From positions 26,598,001 through 26,662,000 of the forward strand of contig OX638161.1 in the NCBI GenBank assembly GCA_951804945.1: DNA of 64,000 nt, given 5' to 3'. The notes beneath the pieces were generated by a model, which saw only the letters and a list, made by a program, of their open reading frames with translations, had not been told where the DNA came from and did not search any database. The stretch is from Podarcis cretensis. Its lineage: Eukaryota. Made by a program: the position numbers and the translations under genes. Shown here one piece after another: positions 1-11,013 of the stretch (positions are counted from its first letter, which is position 1; the number at the start of each line of letters is the position of its first letter).

Positions 1-514
1 AAGAACGTCCGAAAACCGGAACACTCACTTCCGGGTTTGCGGCATTCGGGAGCCAGAACATTCGACTCCCAAGGTGTTTGGGAGCTGAGGTAGGCCTGTA
101 CCAAGCAATGGTTTGGTTTGCATCTTACGGCCTAGAAATGGGCTTTCCTTCTGGGGCAGGGGAAGAGGAAAAAAAGAAAGAAAGAATGTTATGCTCTTCA
201 TGAAATACTAATGGAGTGTGATCACATAGCAGAGCCATTATCTGGAACGAAAGTGTCCCCTCTGAGATCATGCAGGCAAATAAAAGGACGGTGAAACCAG
301 AGAAACAACATAAAAAAATAAGTTATAGAAAAAGAGATAATGGCTTGCATACCTATGTGCTCAGAGGAAAGCAATCCCTACAAACGGGGAGTTTTAAAAA
401 ACAGACTTCCATACCCATTAAACTAAAAGCCCCTGAGTCAGCAGCACAGAACTGCCAGGCTGCCATCCAGTGCCAACACTTGAAGTTAAAAAACACATTT
501 GCCACCAACAGTTG

Positions 515-556
<42 letters not shown>

Positions 557-1101
557 TGAAAAGTTCCACTAAGTTCATGCCTGCTGTTCTCATCATGGTG
601 TCAAATGCCAGGATGGTGACGTGGGAAGGAAGGCTCACCACTCTGAGCATCTCATCTGTTCCAGAGGGAAGAAAGGAGCTACTGTATTCAGGGTGCAGAA
701 AAGCACAGGGACAACCTACTATCTCTGCTGGTTTTCTTGGATTCTCCTCCAGGCCATTTGGTGGCACCAGGAAGAGACATGCAGATTTTCAAAACCTTTT
801 TCTTTTCTTTTGCCCTCACCTGTCTAAAACAGCCCTCTCTTTAGCCAATTCTGCCCTCACATTTTTTTTTAATGTATCTCTGCAAATTTTCTGGTGCAAG
901 TTTTTTGTTGGTTTTTTTGTTTTGTTTTGTTTTTTTGAGAGGAAGTTCTAATGAGGTCTGGAAACTGGCTTATTTTTTTAAAAAAGTAAAGTATTAAAAA
1001 CCTAAGTTCTTTCCAATAGTAGTAAACCTGACTTTACAAAGGCCATATACAACCTGGTTTTAAAAAGTCCCATTTGCACCTGCATGGACTTCTTGACAAT
1101 A

Positions 1102-1327
1102 CAGTGGTACCTCGGGTTACATACGCTTCAGGTTACAAACTCCACTAACCCAGAAATAGTGCTTCAGGTTAAGAACTTTGCTTCAGGATGAGAACAGAAA
1201 TCGTGATCTGGCGGCACGGCGGCAGCAGGAGGCCACATAGGCTAAAGTGGTGCTTCAGGTTAAGAACAGTTTCAGGTTAAGAATGGACCTCCGGAATGAA
1301 TTAAGTACTTAACCCGAGGTACCACTG
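1102..1327. mobile_element. Tc1/mariner (pogo/Tigger-like) MITE, family A
   Basis: TIRs CAGTGGTACCTCGGGTTA...TAACCCGAGGTACCACTG, flanked by TA; several copies in the window. Confidence 0.85.
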
Positions 1328-1329
1328 TA

Positions 1330-1570
1330 CAGCCGTACCTTGGTTTTCAAACAGCTTAGTTCTCGAATGTTTTGGCTCCTGAACGCTGCAAACCCGGAAG
1401 TGACTGTTACAGTTCACGAACTAATTTTGGAAGCCGAGTGTCCTACGGGGCTTCCGATTGGCTGTGGGAGCTTCCTGCAGCCAATCAGAAGCCGCGCTTT
1501 GGTTTCCGAACATTCTGGAAGTTGAATGGACTTCTGGAACGGATTCTGTTTGACTTCCAAGGTACGACTG
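1330..1570. mobile_element. Tc1/mariner-type MITE, family B (shares the TA at 1328-1329 with the family A copy)
   Basis: TIRs CAG.CGTACCTTGG...CCAAGGTACGACTG, TA flanks; related partial copy at 1-99. Confidence 0.8.
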
Positions 1571-1949
1571 TACTGGCAATGAGGCCGGGAATACAATGGA
1601 GAAGGGGCCCCACCCACGGGACCCTGCCCTTCCAACAGACCTCTTCCAACGTTTCCTCTCCATGGGGCGTCTGAATACACTTTGCGGGTGGACAGCAGAA
1701 GGGGCTTAATTTGAATCAGAAGGGTCGTGGGTGAAAGGCAGAGCATCAGCTATGCATGTAGGAGGTCCCACCTCGAGATGCCAGAAACGGAACCCAGGAC
1801 CTTCTGCATGCAAATCTCTATCCCTGAGCTACAGTCCTTCCCAAAGGTCAGCAGCAAAAAGGCGAGAGCAGTGCTAGAAACTCAGATATATAAGCTAATG
1901 GCCAAATGGCACCTTAAACCTAGGTTGCGTTCTTTCGAAGGAATTGAAA

Positions 1950-2390
1950 AGACTGTTTATGTATACTACTTAATGCTGCAAGGATGCTGCTTGCCTAGAG
2001 TTGGAAAGATTACAAGATGCCTACGAAGGTGGACTGGCAGATGAAATTAATGGACTATGAAGAGATGGCAAGACTGAAAGCGAAAATCAGAAATCAGGAG
2101 GATCGAAACTTCAACAGAGAATGGGACAAATATAGATTGTATTTAAAAGAACACTGTAAACACTTTAACTCTTTGGCAGGCTTTAAATAACCCTTTCAGT
2201 GTTACAAAGACTATGGGGGACTGTAATTTGGATGAATTTATAATATGCAGTTGACAAAGGTATTGAAAGAACCCATGGAATGGAGGGGGGAAGTCCTAAG
2301 ATTCGGAAGAATCTTGTTTTAATTTTAATATCCGCAAGAATTTCAGTTGTGTGGATGAATTTGTAAAACCAAATAAAAATTATTTAAAAA
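1950..2390 (+). mobile_element. Decayed L1-type LINE 3' fragment
   Basis: Similar to the L1 ORF2 C-terminal segment at about 10170-10600; ends in AATAAA and an A-rich tail. Confidence 0.65.
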
Positions 2391-3497
2391 ATAATTAAAC
2401 CTAAGTTGCGGTCGCCACAGCAAAATGCCTAGGCACCTTTTTTGCATTGTGATGATGATAATGATGATTTTCTATACCACTTTATATAAAAAATATAGTC
2501 TGGCCCCCCACAAGGTCTGAAGGAGAGTGTATCAGCCCCCTGCTGAAAAAGTTTACCGACCCTTGCTCTAGATCATGTGATGTACATTGCAGAGCACACC
2601 TCCAGGCCCCAAAGTACACCAAAATCTGGCATCTTCCCAAAAGTCTAGCCGCTTTCCCAGCATCACTTTGGTACACAGACAAAGGGTTAAACAGCCTGGA
2701 AACTCCACCAAGAGAGACAGGCAAGGAACAAGAAGTCCAGGGAAGATCAGAAGTGAATCTGATCATCTCTCCGCAACGGTGTCCACCTCTTCCAGGAGTC
2801 TGAAAGCTGTGGGACGTGGCATCTGAAATGCCTCTGGTCCAGGAAAGCCAGGGGAGGCTACCTCATTGGTGAAGGAGATTTGCGGGGTGGGGGGAGAAAG
2901 AGAAGGGGAGGAGAGACCAGAAGCTGCTGGCAAAAGGCACGGCTTTGCTCATCTAACGCTCCTCCTGGAGGCCCAGATTTAAAGAGCCAGGCTGTCTGGA
3001 TTAAGCTACTTAAAAGGGAAAGGGGGGGGGGGAGAGAGAAGGAAAAAGAGGCAAAGCAAAGGAGGAAGTGAACAGTTTCCTCACTGGCAATGTAGCACCT
3101 TTCAGAAAGGCAGGGATGGGGAATAAGATGCACGCAGCACACTGTTCAACAGTTCACAAAAATCCCAGCACGGAAAGCGCATAGGAATGAGCACAAACTC
3201 CTCATCAGCAGATTGTCACGTCGGAGGCTGTTGAGAAGCCTCCCAAATGGAAGGCTGTCAGGGGAGGTGACTGTTTCACGCTAATACCAAGTGACGTGGG
3301 CTTTGAACGGGATACATACAAAACTTGAATGAAGGATGACTTGGGAGTGCTGAGAGCAGTGGGGCTGGTTGGGGGGGGGGGGCTTGCTTGAGGCAGGTCT
3401 GTCTCCTGCTCTTGACTTGCTCAAAAGGCCCCAAGCAAAGGAATGTCTTCAGAGGGAAACAGCACACATCTTGAACTTCCATATTAGAAATATTGTA

Positions 3498-3738
3498 CAG
3501 CGGTACCTTGGTTCTCGAACTTAATCTGTTCCAGGAGTCCGTTCGACTCCTGAAACAGTTCGAAAACCAAGGCGCGGCTTCTGATTGGCTGCAGGAGCTT
3601 CCTGCACTCAAGCAGAAGCCGCGTCGGAGGTTTGGCTTCCGAAAAGGTTCATAAACCAGAACACCTACTTCTGGGTTTGCAGCGTTCAGGAGCCGATTTG
3701 TTCAACCACTAAGCCGTTCGGGAACCAAGGTACCACTG
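3498..3738. mobile_element. Tc1/mariner-type MITE, family B
   Basis: TIRs CAGCGGTACCTTGGTTC...GAACCAAGGTACCACTG with TA flanks. Confidence 0.85.
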
Positions 3739-4586
3739 TACTGTGAGCCTGTACTGTTACATTGTAACACATAATGATCATTCGTTAGGCAGTGTGTGAA
3801 CACGTGTTGAGGAATCATAGCCTGCGAAGACCATGAAGTGTGGTGCTCTGGGAGGGGAATCTACATGAAACAAATCACACAAGTGAGTTTTTCATTCAGG
3901 GGACAGGAACTGGCTATAGTTCCTTGACACGGTAACCTTTCCACATGCAGGATTCAGTATCTTTGCAGAGCAGAAAGTACCTTCCCTGAAAGCTGGATAG
4001 CTCAGTTGGTTGGAGCGTGTGAAGGAAGGCCATAATATGAGAAGCAACCCATAGATAAGGTCCCCTGGTGTGCATTGAAGGGGCCAGCAGAAGTAAGACG
4101 CCTTGGATGTTTTCTACTGGTCACTCTGAACCCCAGATCCGAAGAAGCTATGGAAACATTAGCTGAGAAAGAGGCTCCGGTGCAAACCTGGAGGCCGAAC
4201 GGGAGCTTATTTTGCTCTTAGAAATACTGAAGGGGTTCTGGGAACACAAGAGTACTGAGAAGGCCCTTAGATCCTGTGTGGTGGCATCTTTTAATGAAAT
4301 GCATTGTCTCCAGAGGAAGAGATGTGAAAACCCACATCTGGAAAGAACTCCCTTTGTCTAGAAACTTTTTCTGCCTAATATCTGATGGTTGGGAACTCTC
4401 TGTAGCCAACAGGGAAAGAAAGGCGCATTGTTTCATCTCAGGACTATTCCAATCAGTTCTTCTTTTCTATATTTCAGGGGTAAGATCTGCCCACTGAAAA
4501 CAGATGTCCTGCCTCTGCTTTTACTAAAACACACCAGACAGTCAACCACCTCTGGGGACCATCAATATTTCTTACAATGCTTACAA

Positions 4587-4837
4587 CAGGGGTCAGCAAA
4601 CTTTTTCAGCAGGGTGCCGGTCCATTGTCCCTCAAATCTTTTCGGGGGCCAGACTATATTTTTTTTTGGGGGGGGGGATAAATTCCTATGCCCTACAAAT
4701 AACCCAGAGATGCATCTTAAATAAAAGGACACATTCTACTCATGTAAAAACACACTGATTCCTGGACAGTCCATGGGCCGGATTTAGAAGGCGACTGGGC
4801 TGGATCTCTCCCCTGGGCCTTAGTTTGCCTACCCATG
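4587..4837. mobile_element. hAT-type MITE
   Basis: CAGGGGT...ACCCATG termini; 8-bp TSD GCTTACAA; homologous to 60425-60680. Confidence 0.85.
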
Positions 4838-4854
4838 GCTTACAATATTTAGAG

Positions 4855-5003
4855 CATAGAATTGTAGGGCTGGAAGGGATCTTGGGGATCATCTAGTGAG
4901 TTCAATCTTCTGCAGTGCAGCAATATACAGCTGTCCCATACGGGAGGATCGAACCTGAAACCATGGCATTATCAGCCCTGTGCCCAAACCAACTGAGCTA
5001 CCC
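4855..5003 (-). mobile_element. tRNA-headed SINE with CR1-like 3' tail
   Basis: A/B boxes (TAGCTCAGTTGG, GGTTCGATCC) plus a CR1-like end; similar to 9187-9325. Confidence 0.65.
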
Positions 5004-5129
5004 AGACTGTCTACCATATGCTTTGAATATTATTTTTGTATGTCGCTTAGATGTTGTTCTGTTTAGAAGTGATTTTAATTAACTAATATTTTGATTGAAA
5101 CGCAATTAATTGACATGGTTTCCAAGGAA

Positions 5130-6060
5130 GCCTCGAGACGTCCCCCTGCGCGCGCTCCCCATTGGCTCACCTTGAAGAGCGCGTAGTGCAGGTACTGGTA
5201 AGGGGTGCGGCGCTGGAAGTCGCGCAGCGTGTCTGCGGGCGGGTAGCTGAGCTGGAAGGCGGGCAGGCTGCGCTTGCACCTCCGCAGGCACGAGGCGCGC
5301 TGCAGGACGAGCCCGAAAAGCTCCATCTCCCGGCGCCACTCATCCGCCGCGCCCCCGGCCGGCTCTCCAAACTCCGCGCCGGGCCGTGCGCCCTCGCCGA
5401 GCGCAGCGGCGGTGGAGCCTTTCGCGTCTTCTCCATGCGCCGGGGCGCCCTGGACGCCCTCTGCGGGCTCTCCAAAAACGGCACCCTCTCCAAACTTCTC
5501 GCTGGCGGCGCACTCCTTGTGGCAGTGCGCCTCGCTGTCCCGGAGCAGGCGATGGAGGCGCAGGCTCGCCTCCAGGTAGCGGACGCTCTCCCGCCAGTTC
5601 TCGGCCTCGTACTGCTCCAGCGCGTAAGCGTAGGCGCTCTGCAGAGGCATCAGCTCGGCTTCGGGGAAGCCGCGGAAGCTGTACTTCTCATACTGCGCGC
5701 CGCCTTCAGGCGCCGCCGTGGCCAGGAGCACGAAAGCCAGCAGGAGCCCCCGGCTTCGCCGCTCCATGCCGCCCGCGCAGCCGGCGGCTCGGTGCTCGAG
5801 AGCTGCTGCCCAGCCGCTTGGAGGCCCATCGGGAGTCTCCGGGAAGCAGGGGGAAGGAAGGAAGGCGGCGCGGGACGGCCCAGGCGGATTCCGCAGGGTC
5901 TTAGCGCGGCCCGGGATAAGTTGGGGGCTCCGCCCACCAGTTTCTTCCTCTGACTCCATGAGCAGGGCTGGAGTTCTGGAGAAAGTGAGTCCGATCTACA
6001 CTTATACGATCCCGCGCCCTGTACTGAGGCATCCCAGAAGCTAGCGAGTTGACGTTGCTT
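5130..6060. promoter_or_regulatory. CpG island over the P3H4 promoter and exon 1
   Basis: Very high GC and CpG density compared with the CpG-depleted flanks; boundaries approximate. Confidence 0.8.
5171..5767 (-). CDS. P3H4: Prolyl 3-hydroxylase family member 4 (SC65/LEPREL4), coding exon 1; downstream exons not found in the window
   Basis: Signal peptide [24 protein letters not shown], then [11 protein letters not shown]...[14 protein letters not shown]...[12 protein letters not shown]...[11 protein letters not shown], matching the P3H4 N-terminus as I recall it. Strong Kozak ggcggcATGg at 5767; donor AAG|gtgagc at 5170; located in the EIF1-GAST neighbourhood as in human. Confidence 0.93.
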
Positions 6061-7589
6061 GTTGTGGGAGAGACCAAGGTTCTCTTCTCCAAGACCTTAT
6101 CTTGCTGCTGGCATCATTCATGACGGATCGATAGATCATATTTGTACCCCAATGCATTCAGAACAATGTGTATGAATGACAAAAAAGAAATGCAATGCGA
6201 AGTTACCTCACAGCCTAACACAACAAGCAAGCTGAAAACAGCCAGGGAAAAGCAAGTCAACAGCAATGTTGTCAACCCAAAGTCTAAAGGAAGAGGCTTA
6301 CAAACAGATAAAGAACTTTATGACTTTTAGAAGACACCGGTAGGAAGCCCTGTATAGGGAAGTTTTTAATGTTTGATGTTTTATTGTGTTTTTATGTTTT
6401 GCTGGAAGCTGCCCAGAGTGGCTGGGGAAAACCCACTCAGATGGGCGACACACACACACACACACAAAAACAAAACAACACATGATAGCAGCTCTGTGAG
6501 GGGAAAACTACAGTTCCCAGGGTTCTTTGGGGGAGTCGGGCGCACTGAATGCACTTTAAATGTATGGTGTGGATCTGCCCTGGGATTGGTGGGGCAGTGC
6601 CCCTTTTTGCACAATGCACCAGCCTTCACTGCACCCCATAGGCAAGCCAGGCGCTTCCAAACTGACTGTTTTGCAGGTGGGATTCAATCGCAAATCCAGG
6701 CTGCACCATTAAACTGGACCTAGTGCTCTACTGCACCACAGACACAGCAACTAATAAAGGCAGAATGATAATAATAATTTATTTATACCCCTCTGGGCAG
6801 TATACCATTCTGGGCGGCTTCCAACAAAATATTAAAAAATACATTAAATACATTAATATACATCTGTAACTAATGCACTATGATTGATCCATGATGTGTT
6901 GCAGAATGTATCTGCCCCCAAACACCAGTCTGGATATACCTCAAGCAGTCCAGTTTGTGACTATCGCTTGCATATTTATTTTATTTCTAAAAAAAGTATT
7001 ACCGTGGTGCATAACAGCCTGTAAAGAGCTTCCTGGAGAGAAAGAGCACCTTCATTTGGGGCTCATTAGAAAATTGCTCCAAAAGAAAACTGCTGTGTAA
7101 GGGGCAAGTGGCCGTTCCGGCACTAGGACCTGAATGAAATAGGATTCTTCTTGCCAGGAGCTTTTGTGCATTAGAAATCATTTCATTTGCTGTTTTTCAG
7201 ACATATTTCATGCTTTTAAAGTTTTTACAAACTGTAGGCTGTTGTTCCAGCTCAGTGTTTCAGCTTGTTTGCGAGCTCAAAAAGCTGCTGCCGTATTCAA
7301 GATAGACAGCTCCACAGACAACTGCTTGGCGGGGAGATAGGGGAAGTTTGGACAAATTCTAACAAAAGTTTGAGCACCTGGAATACTTTGGGTCAGGGTA
7401 TCTAGTGTGGTGACCACCATGTCTGACCACTGGCTCTCCTGGCTGGGACTTATGGCAGAGTTGGCATCCCAACAATACTGGCACCACATTGTGTTTTTAA
7501 TATTCTGTTGGGAGCCGCCCAGGATGGCTGGGGAAACCCTGTTGGATTTACTAACAAACCCAGCCAGATGGGCAGGGTATAAAACAACA

Positions 7590-7620
<31 letters not shown>

Positions 7621-8519
7621 CTTTCTGCCTCCAGAGATAGTCTGTGAATTGCATCTTCTTTGCTTTCTGCAGCAGCCATCCAAATATGTGGTGTAGCGTT
7701 GCCTTGATCTCGCTTTTTAATAGTTTCTGGATGGGGAAAAAAATGTCAGTTTGAAAAATGCACTGATCCTAAACTCCAGGAAAGAGATGGATGACGTCCT
7801 CTGCTGTACTCTTAATAGGAACTTGAAAACTAGGTCAGAGAGTTTGTATTGTCTGAGGGCAAAGCGTGGTTCCAGTTCCTGGCATGATGTACAGAGCTCC
7901 CATCTGTCCCTTATTTTAAGGTATGGTAGGCAGCACAGGGGTTTTTTTAGCCCCTTCCTGCTTGAAAGCCACAGCCCGGTGGAGCGTATTTCAATAGTCT
8001 CTTATTCTTTCCAATTTACGATCTGGCAGGCAGAATACAAAACAGCTTTCCTTGCAGACACTGCCTCCTCCTGCAGAAATCCTGCATTAAATTGCTTTTA
8101 TCAAGCCCTTCCATTATAGAGGGTTTAAAATCATCCCAACTTCTCTGATTGCCTTTGCTGCAGACGCAGGTCACAGCACTCTTGAGTGCTTGTAACATAT
8201 GCAAATCCAGTTCTACACAGGTTTACTTAGAAGTAAGTCCCACTGACTTGTTTTTGTTTTTCAGAATATTTTAATTAATTTGTTGTGAAATAACATCGAT
8301 CAAGTCCAACAAAACCTGTTGATTGTCATGTGTTTACATCAATCACGTGTAAGGAGATTTGAGTGGGGAGACTGTCAGATAACTGGACTATTGAGCACAT
8401 CATCAAGGCCACAAATGGGTGGGGCCCCTCCTTCGCCTCTTAGATAGTTAGAAGGACAAAGCCTGAATTGAGTTTGCAGTAATGTGACCTGGAAGCAAAG
8501 CAGCAAGCAGGAGAGTTTG

Positions 8520-8940
8520 GTTGAAGAGAGATCTTCATTGGCTCCCAGTACATTTCCGAGCACAATTCAAAGTGTTGGTGCTGACCTTTAAAGCCCTAAA
8601 TGGCCCCAGCCCAGTATACCTGAAGGAGCGTCTCCACCCATATCGTTCTGCCTGGACACTGAGGTCCAGCTCCCAGGGCCTTCTGTCGGTTCCCTCACTG
8701 CGAGAAGTGAGGTTACAGGGAGCCAGGCAGAGGTGCTTCTCAGTAGCGGTGCCCAACCTGTGGAATGCCCTCCCATCAGATTTCAATGAAACAAATAACT
8801 ACCTGACTTTTAGAAGACATCTGAAGGCAGCCCTGTTTAGGGAAGTTTTTAATGTTTGATGTTTTATCACGTTTTTAATATTCTGTTGGGACCCGCCCAG
8901 AGTGGCTGGGGTGGCCTGGCCAGACGGGCAGGGTATAAGT
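8520..8940 (+). mobile_element. L2-clade LINE 3' fragment
   Basis: LHWLPVHFRAQFKVLVLTFKALNG...FSVAVPNLWNALP (L2/CR1 ORF2 C-terminus), followed by a microsatellite tail. Confidence 0.85.
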
Positions 8941-8946
8941 TATTTA

Positions 8947-8992
8947 TTTGTTTGTTTGTTTGTTTGTTTGTTTGTTTGTTTGTTTGTTTGTT
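8947..8992 (+). repeat. (TTTG)n microsatellite at the L2 tail
   Basis: Seen directly. Confidence 0.9.
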
Positions 8993-9186
8993 CGTTCGTT
9001 CGTTCGTTCCTGTTTTCCAGATACAGTTCCTAATTTCTGGCACTGGTACCTCATAAATCACTGCCCACATCTTGCCTTTGTGGAAGGTTTTGGTGGTTGC
9101 CTTTTCAATTATCTTTGTCAAGGTGCACTTCCTGTGCCTGCAAATTATCATTTCTGTTACTCAACCCCCTCCTTAAGTTTCTAGAT

Positions 9187-9325
9187 GGGGTAGCTTAGTT
9201 GGTAAGACACTTACCGTAATCTCAGAGTTGCAGGTTCGAGCCCCACGTTGGGCAAAAGACTCTTGCATTGCAGAGGGTTGGACTAGATGACCACCACGGT
9301 CCCTTCCAACTTGATGGTTCTATGA
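9187..9325 (+). mobile_element. tRNA-headed SINE with CR1-like 3' tail
   Basis: TAGCTTAGTTGG A box, GGTTCGAGCCC B box, tail GGTCCCTTCCAAC...TTCTATGA. Confidence 0.65.
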
Positions 9326-9629
9326 GTCTCTCAGGGGGAGGGTTGGTGTGTCTTGGCTTTAGCCCACCTAGAAGCAAAGAGTGGGCTTATCTGTGGAAGG
9401 CTGCACAAAGACCCTTATGGGATGCCAACGGAACAAACACAGACAAAAAGGTTGTGGTTTTGTGTATGTGGAGTTGAATTTTGTGGGAAACTGAGGGTCA
9501 AGTCATGAAGCAAACAGAGTGAACTTAGGCAACTGGTCAGACTGGGTTTTCCCTCTTCTCATCTCATATATAGAGGGGTACCTAGGCTCCCCTGCATCCT
9601 TGGCAAGGAGATGTATCAGTGCCCCCCCC

Positions 9630-10610
9630 AAGAAAATACCAGTGGTATTTGACTCCTACTAAGCTGACAAACCCCTTCATGGATCACTGCCTTGCCGTGG
9701 CGAAGGGGCTTGAAGAACTCAGAGAAGCTATGAGCTATGCCGAGCAGGGCCACCCAAGATGGACAGGTCATAGTGGAGAGTTTTGACCAAACATGATCCA
9801 CCTGGAGCAGGAACCAGTAAGCCACTCCAGTATCCCCGCCAAGAAAACTCCATGGACAAAGACAGCAGGCAAAAAGTGCCTGGCGTGCTCTGGTCCATGG
9901 AGTCACGAAGAGTCGGACACGACTAAACGACTGAACAACAACAACAAAAAAGCTGGCAAAAATGTATAGCACAAGTAAGAATGTCTGTTGGAAATGTAAA
10001 GAAAAAGAAGGTACTTTTTATCATATGTGGTGGACTTGTTAGGTGGTAAAAGCTTTTTGGGAAACGATATATAATGAAATAAAAAAAAATGTCTAAAATA
10101 CCTTTGTTAAAAAACCAGAAGCTTTCTTATTAGGAATTACAGGTACCAATATCCCAAAGGACCAGAAAAAGACTTTTTATGTATGGAACAACAGCTGTTC
10201 AGATGCTACTAGCCCAGGGATGGAAAGAAGACAAAGTCCCTACCAGAGAAGAATGGCAAACCAAGCTGATGGACCATGCTAAAATGGCAAGGCTGACTAG
10301 AAAACTCAGGAATCAAGAGGATAAAAACTTTACAAGAGAATGGGGAAAATGTATAAGCTATTTAAAAGACCACTGTAAGCACTGGCAGGATTTTGATTTC
10401 ACTTGTAGTGTAACAATTACCATGGAAAATATGGATTGATTACAGTTACAGTTTGGAAGAAGATGCAGTTTTAAATGATTAAAACGGGACTCCAGGGAGG
10501 GGGTGGGGGGAAATCCTGACATTCGGAGGAATCTCTATATACGGTTATATTTTTGAATTTTTTATAATTTTGTATTGTAAAATCAAATAAAAATGATTTC
10601 AAAAAAAGAA
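9630..10610 (+). mobile_element. L1-type LINE 3' fragment, interrupted by a BovB-derived element
   Basis: YQWYLTPTKL/AKMY...[18 protein letters not shown] (ORF2 CCHC knuckle), AATAAA and A-rich tail. Confidence 0.8.
9672..9949 (+). mobile_element. Short BovB-derived element (5' end fused to 3' end)
   Basis: BovB 5'-like sequence, then GAGTCGGACACGACTAAACGAC and an (AAC)n tail; TSD AAGCTG(A/G)CAAA. Confidence 0.8.
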
Positions 10611-10796
10611 AAGGACAAAGTTCAATAACCACCAATGACTCTTAAACTGGGCGTTTAACAGCACCATCCTATAAATGTCTAGTCTAGCCCTCCAGGACTT
10701 CCGACTGGAACATTACCAATTTGCTCCGCTGGTTCTGCCCTCTTCCCCAGTTTGTGGAATCACGAGCCGCTCAGGCAGAGATAGCAGTGGCACAGC

Positions 10797-10802
10797 TTTA
10801 TT
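10797..10802 (-). terminator. GAST polyadenylation signal AATAAA
   Basis: tttatt on the + strand about 117 nt downstream of the GAST stop. Confidence 0.7.
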
Positions 10803-10918
10803 GGCACAGACACGCAAGAGGAATGGGTCTGGACATTTACAAAACGCTCAAAACTTATTTAGAATCTGGATCGCTGCCTCTTCCTTCCCCGTCTGGATTG
10901 GCCTGGGAAACGGGTCAC

Positions 10919-11013
10919 TTAGGCCTCTCCTTCCAAGGCGTCAGAGCTTCGCCGTCCAAAGTCCATCCAGCTGGGGTAATGAGCCTCTGGGTCCTGCACT
11001 CTGCCAGCAAATT
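10919..11013 (-). CDS. GAST: Preprogastrin, last coding exon with the amidated WMDF core
   Basis: Acceptor ctgcag; translation (E)FAGRVQDPEAHYPSWMDFGRRSSDALEGEA*. WMDF-G-RR is the gastrin/CCK amidation signature. Phase matches the upstream exon. Confidence 0.95.

Noticed and set aside
1-5170. P3H4 exon 2 and later exons
   Set aside because: I could not find sequence matching the expected next exon (…LEKAVAAA.TF…); intron 1 appears to extend past the window start.
5162-6044. Long overlapping ORFs (263, 172 and 108 aa) around P3H4 exon 1
   Set aside because: Antisense or alternative frames of a GC-rich exon with few stops; no recognisable protein.
9187-9250. tRNA-like sequences (also about 3993-4020 and the SINE heads)
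   Set aside because: A/B boxes only, without a full cloverleaf, and fused to SINE bodies; not tRNA genes.
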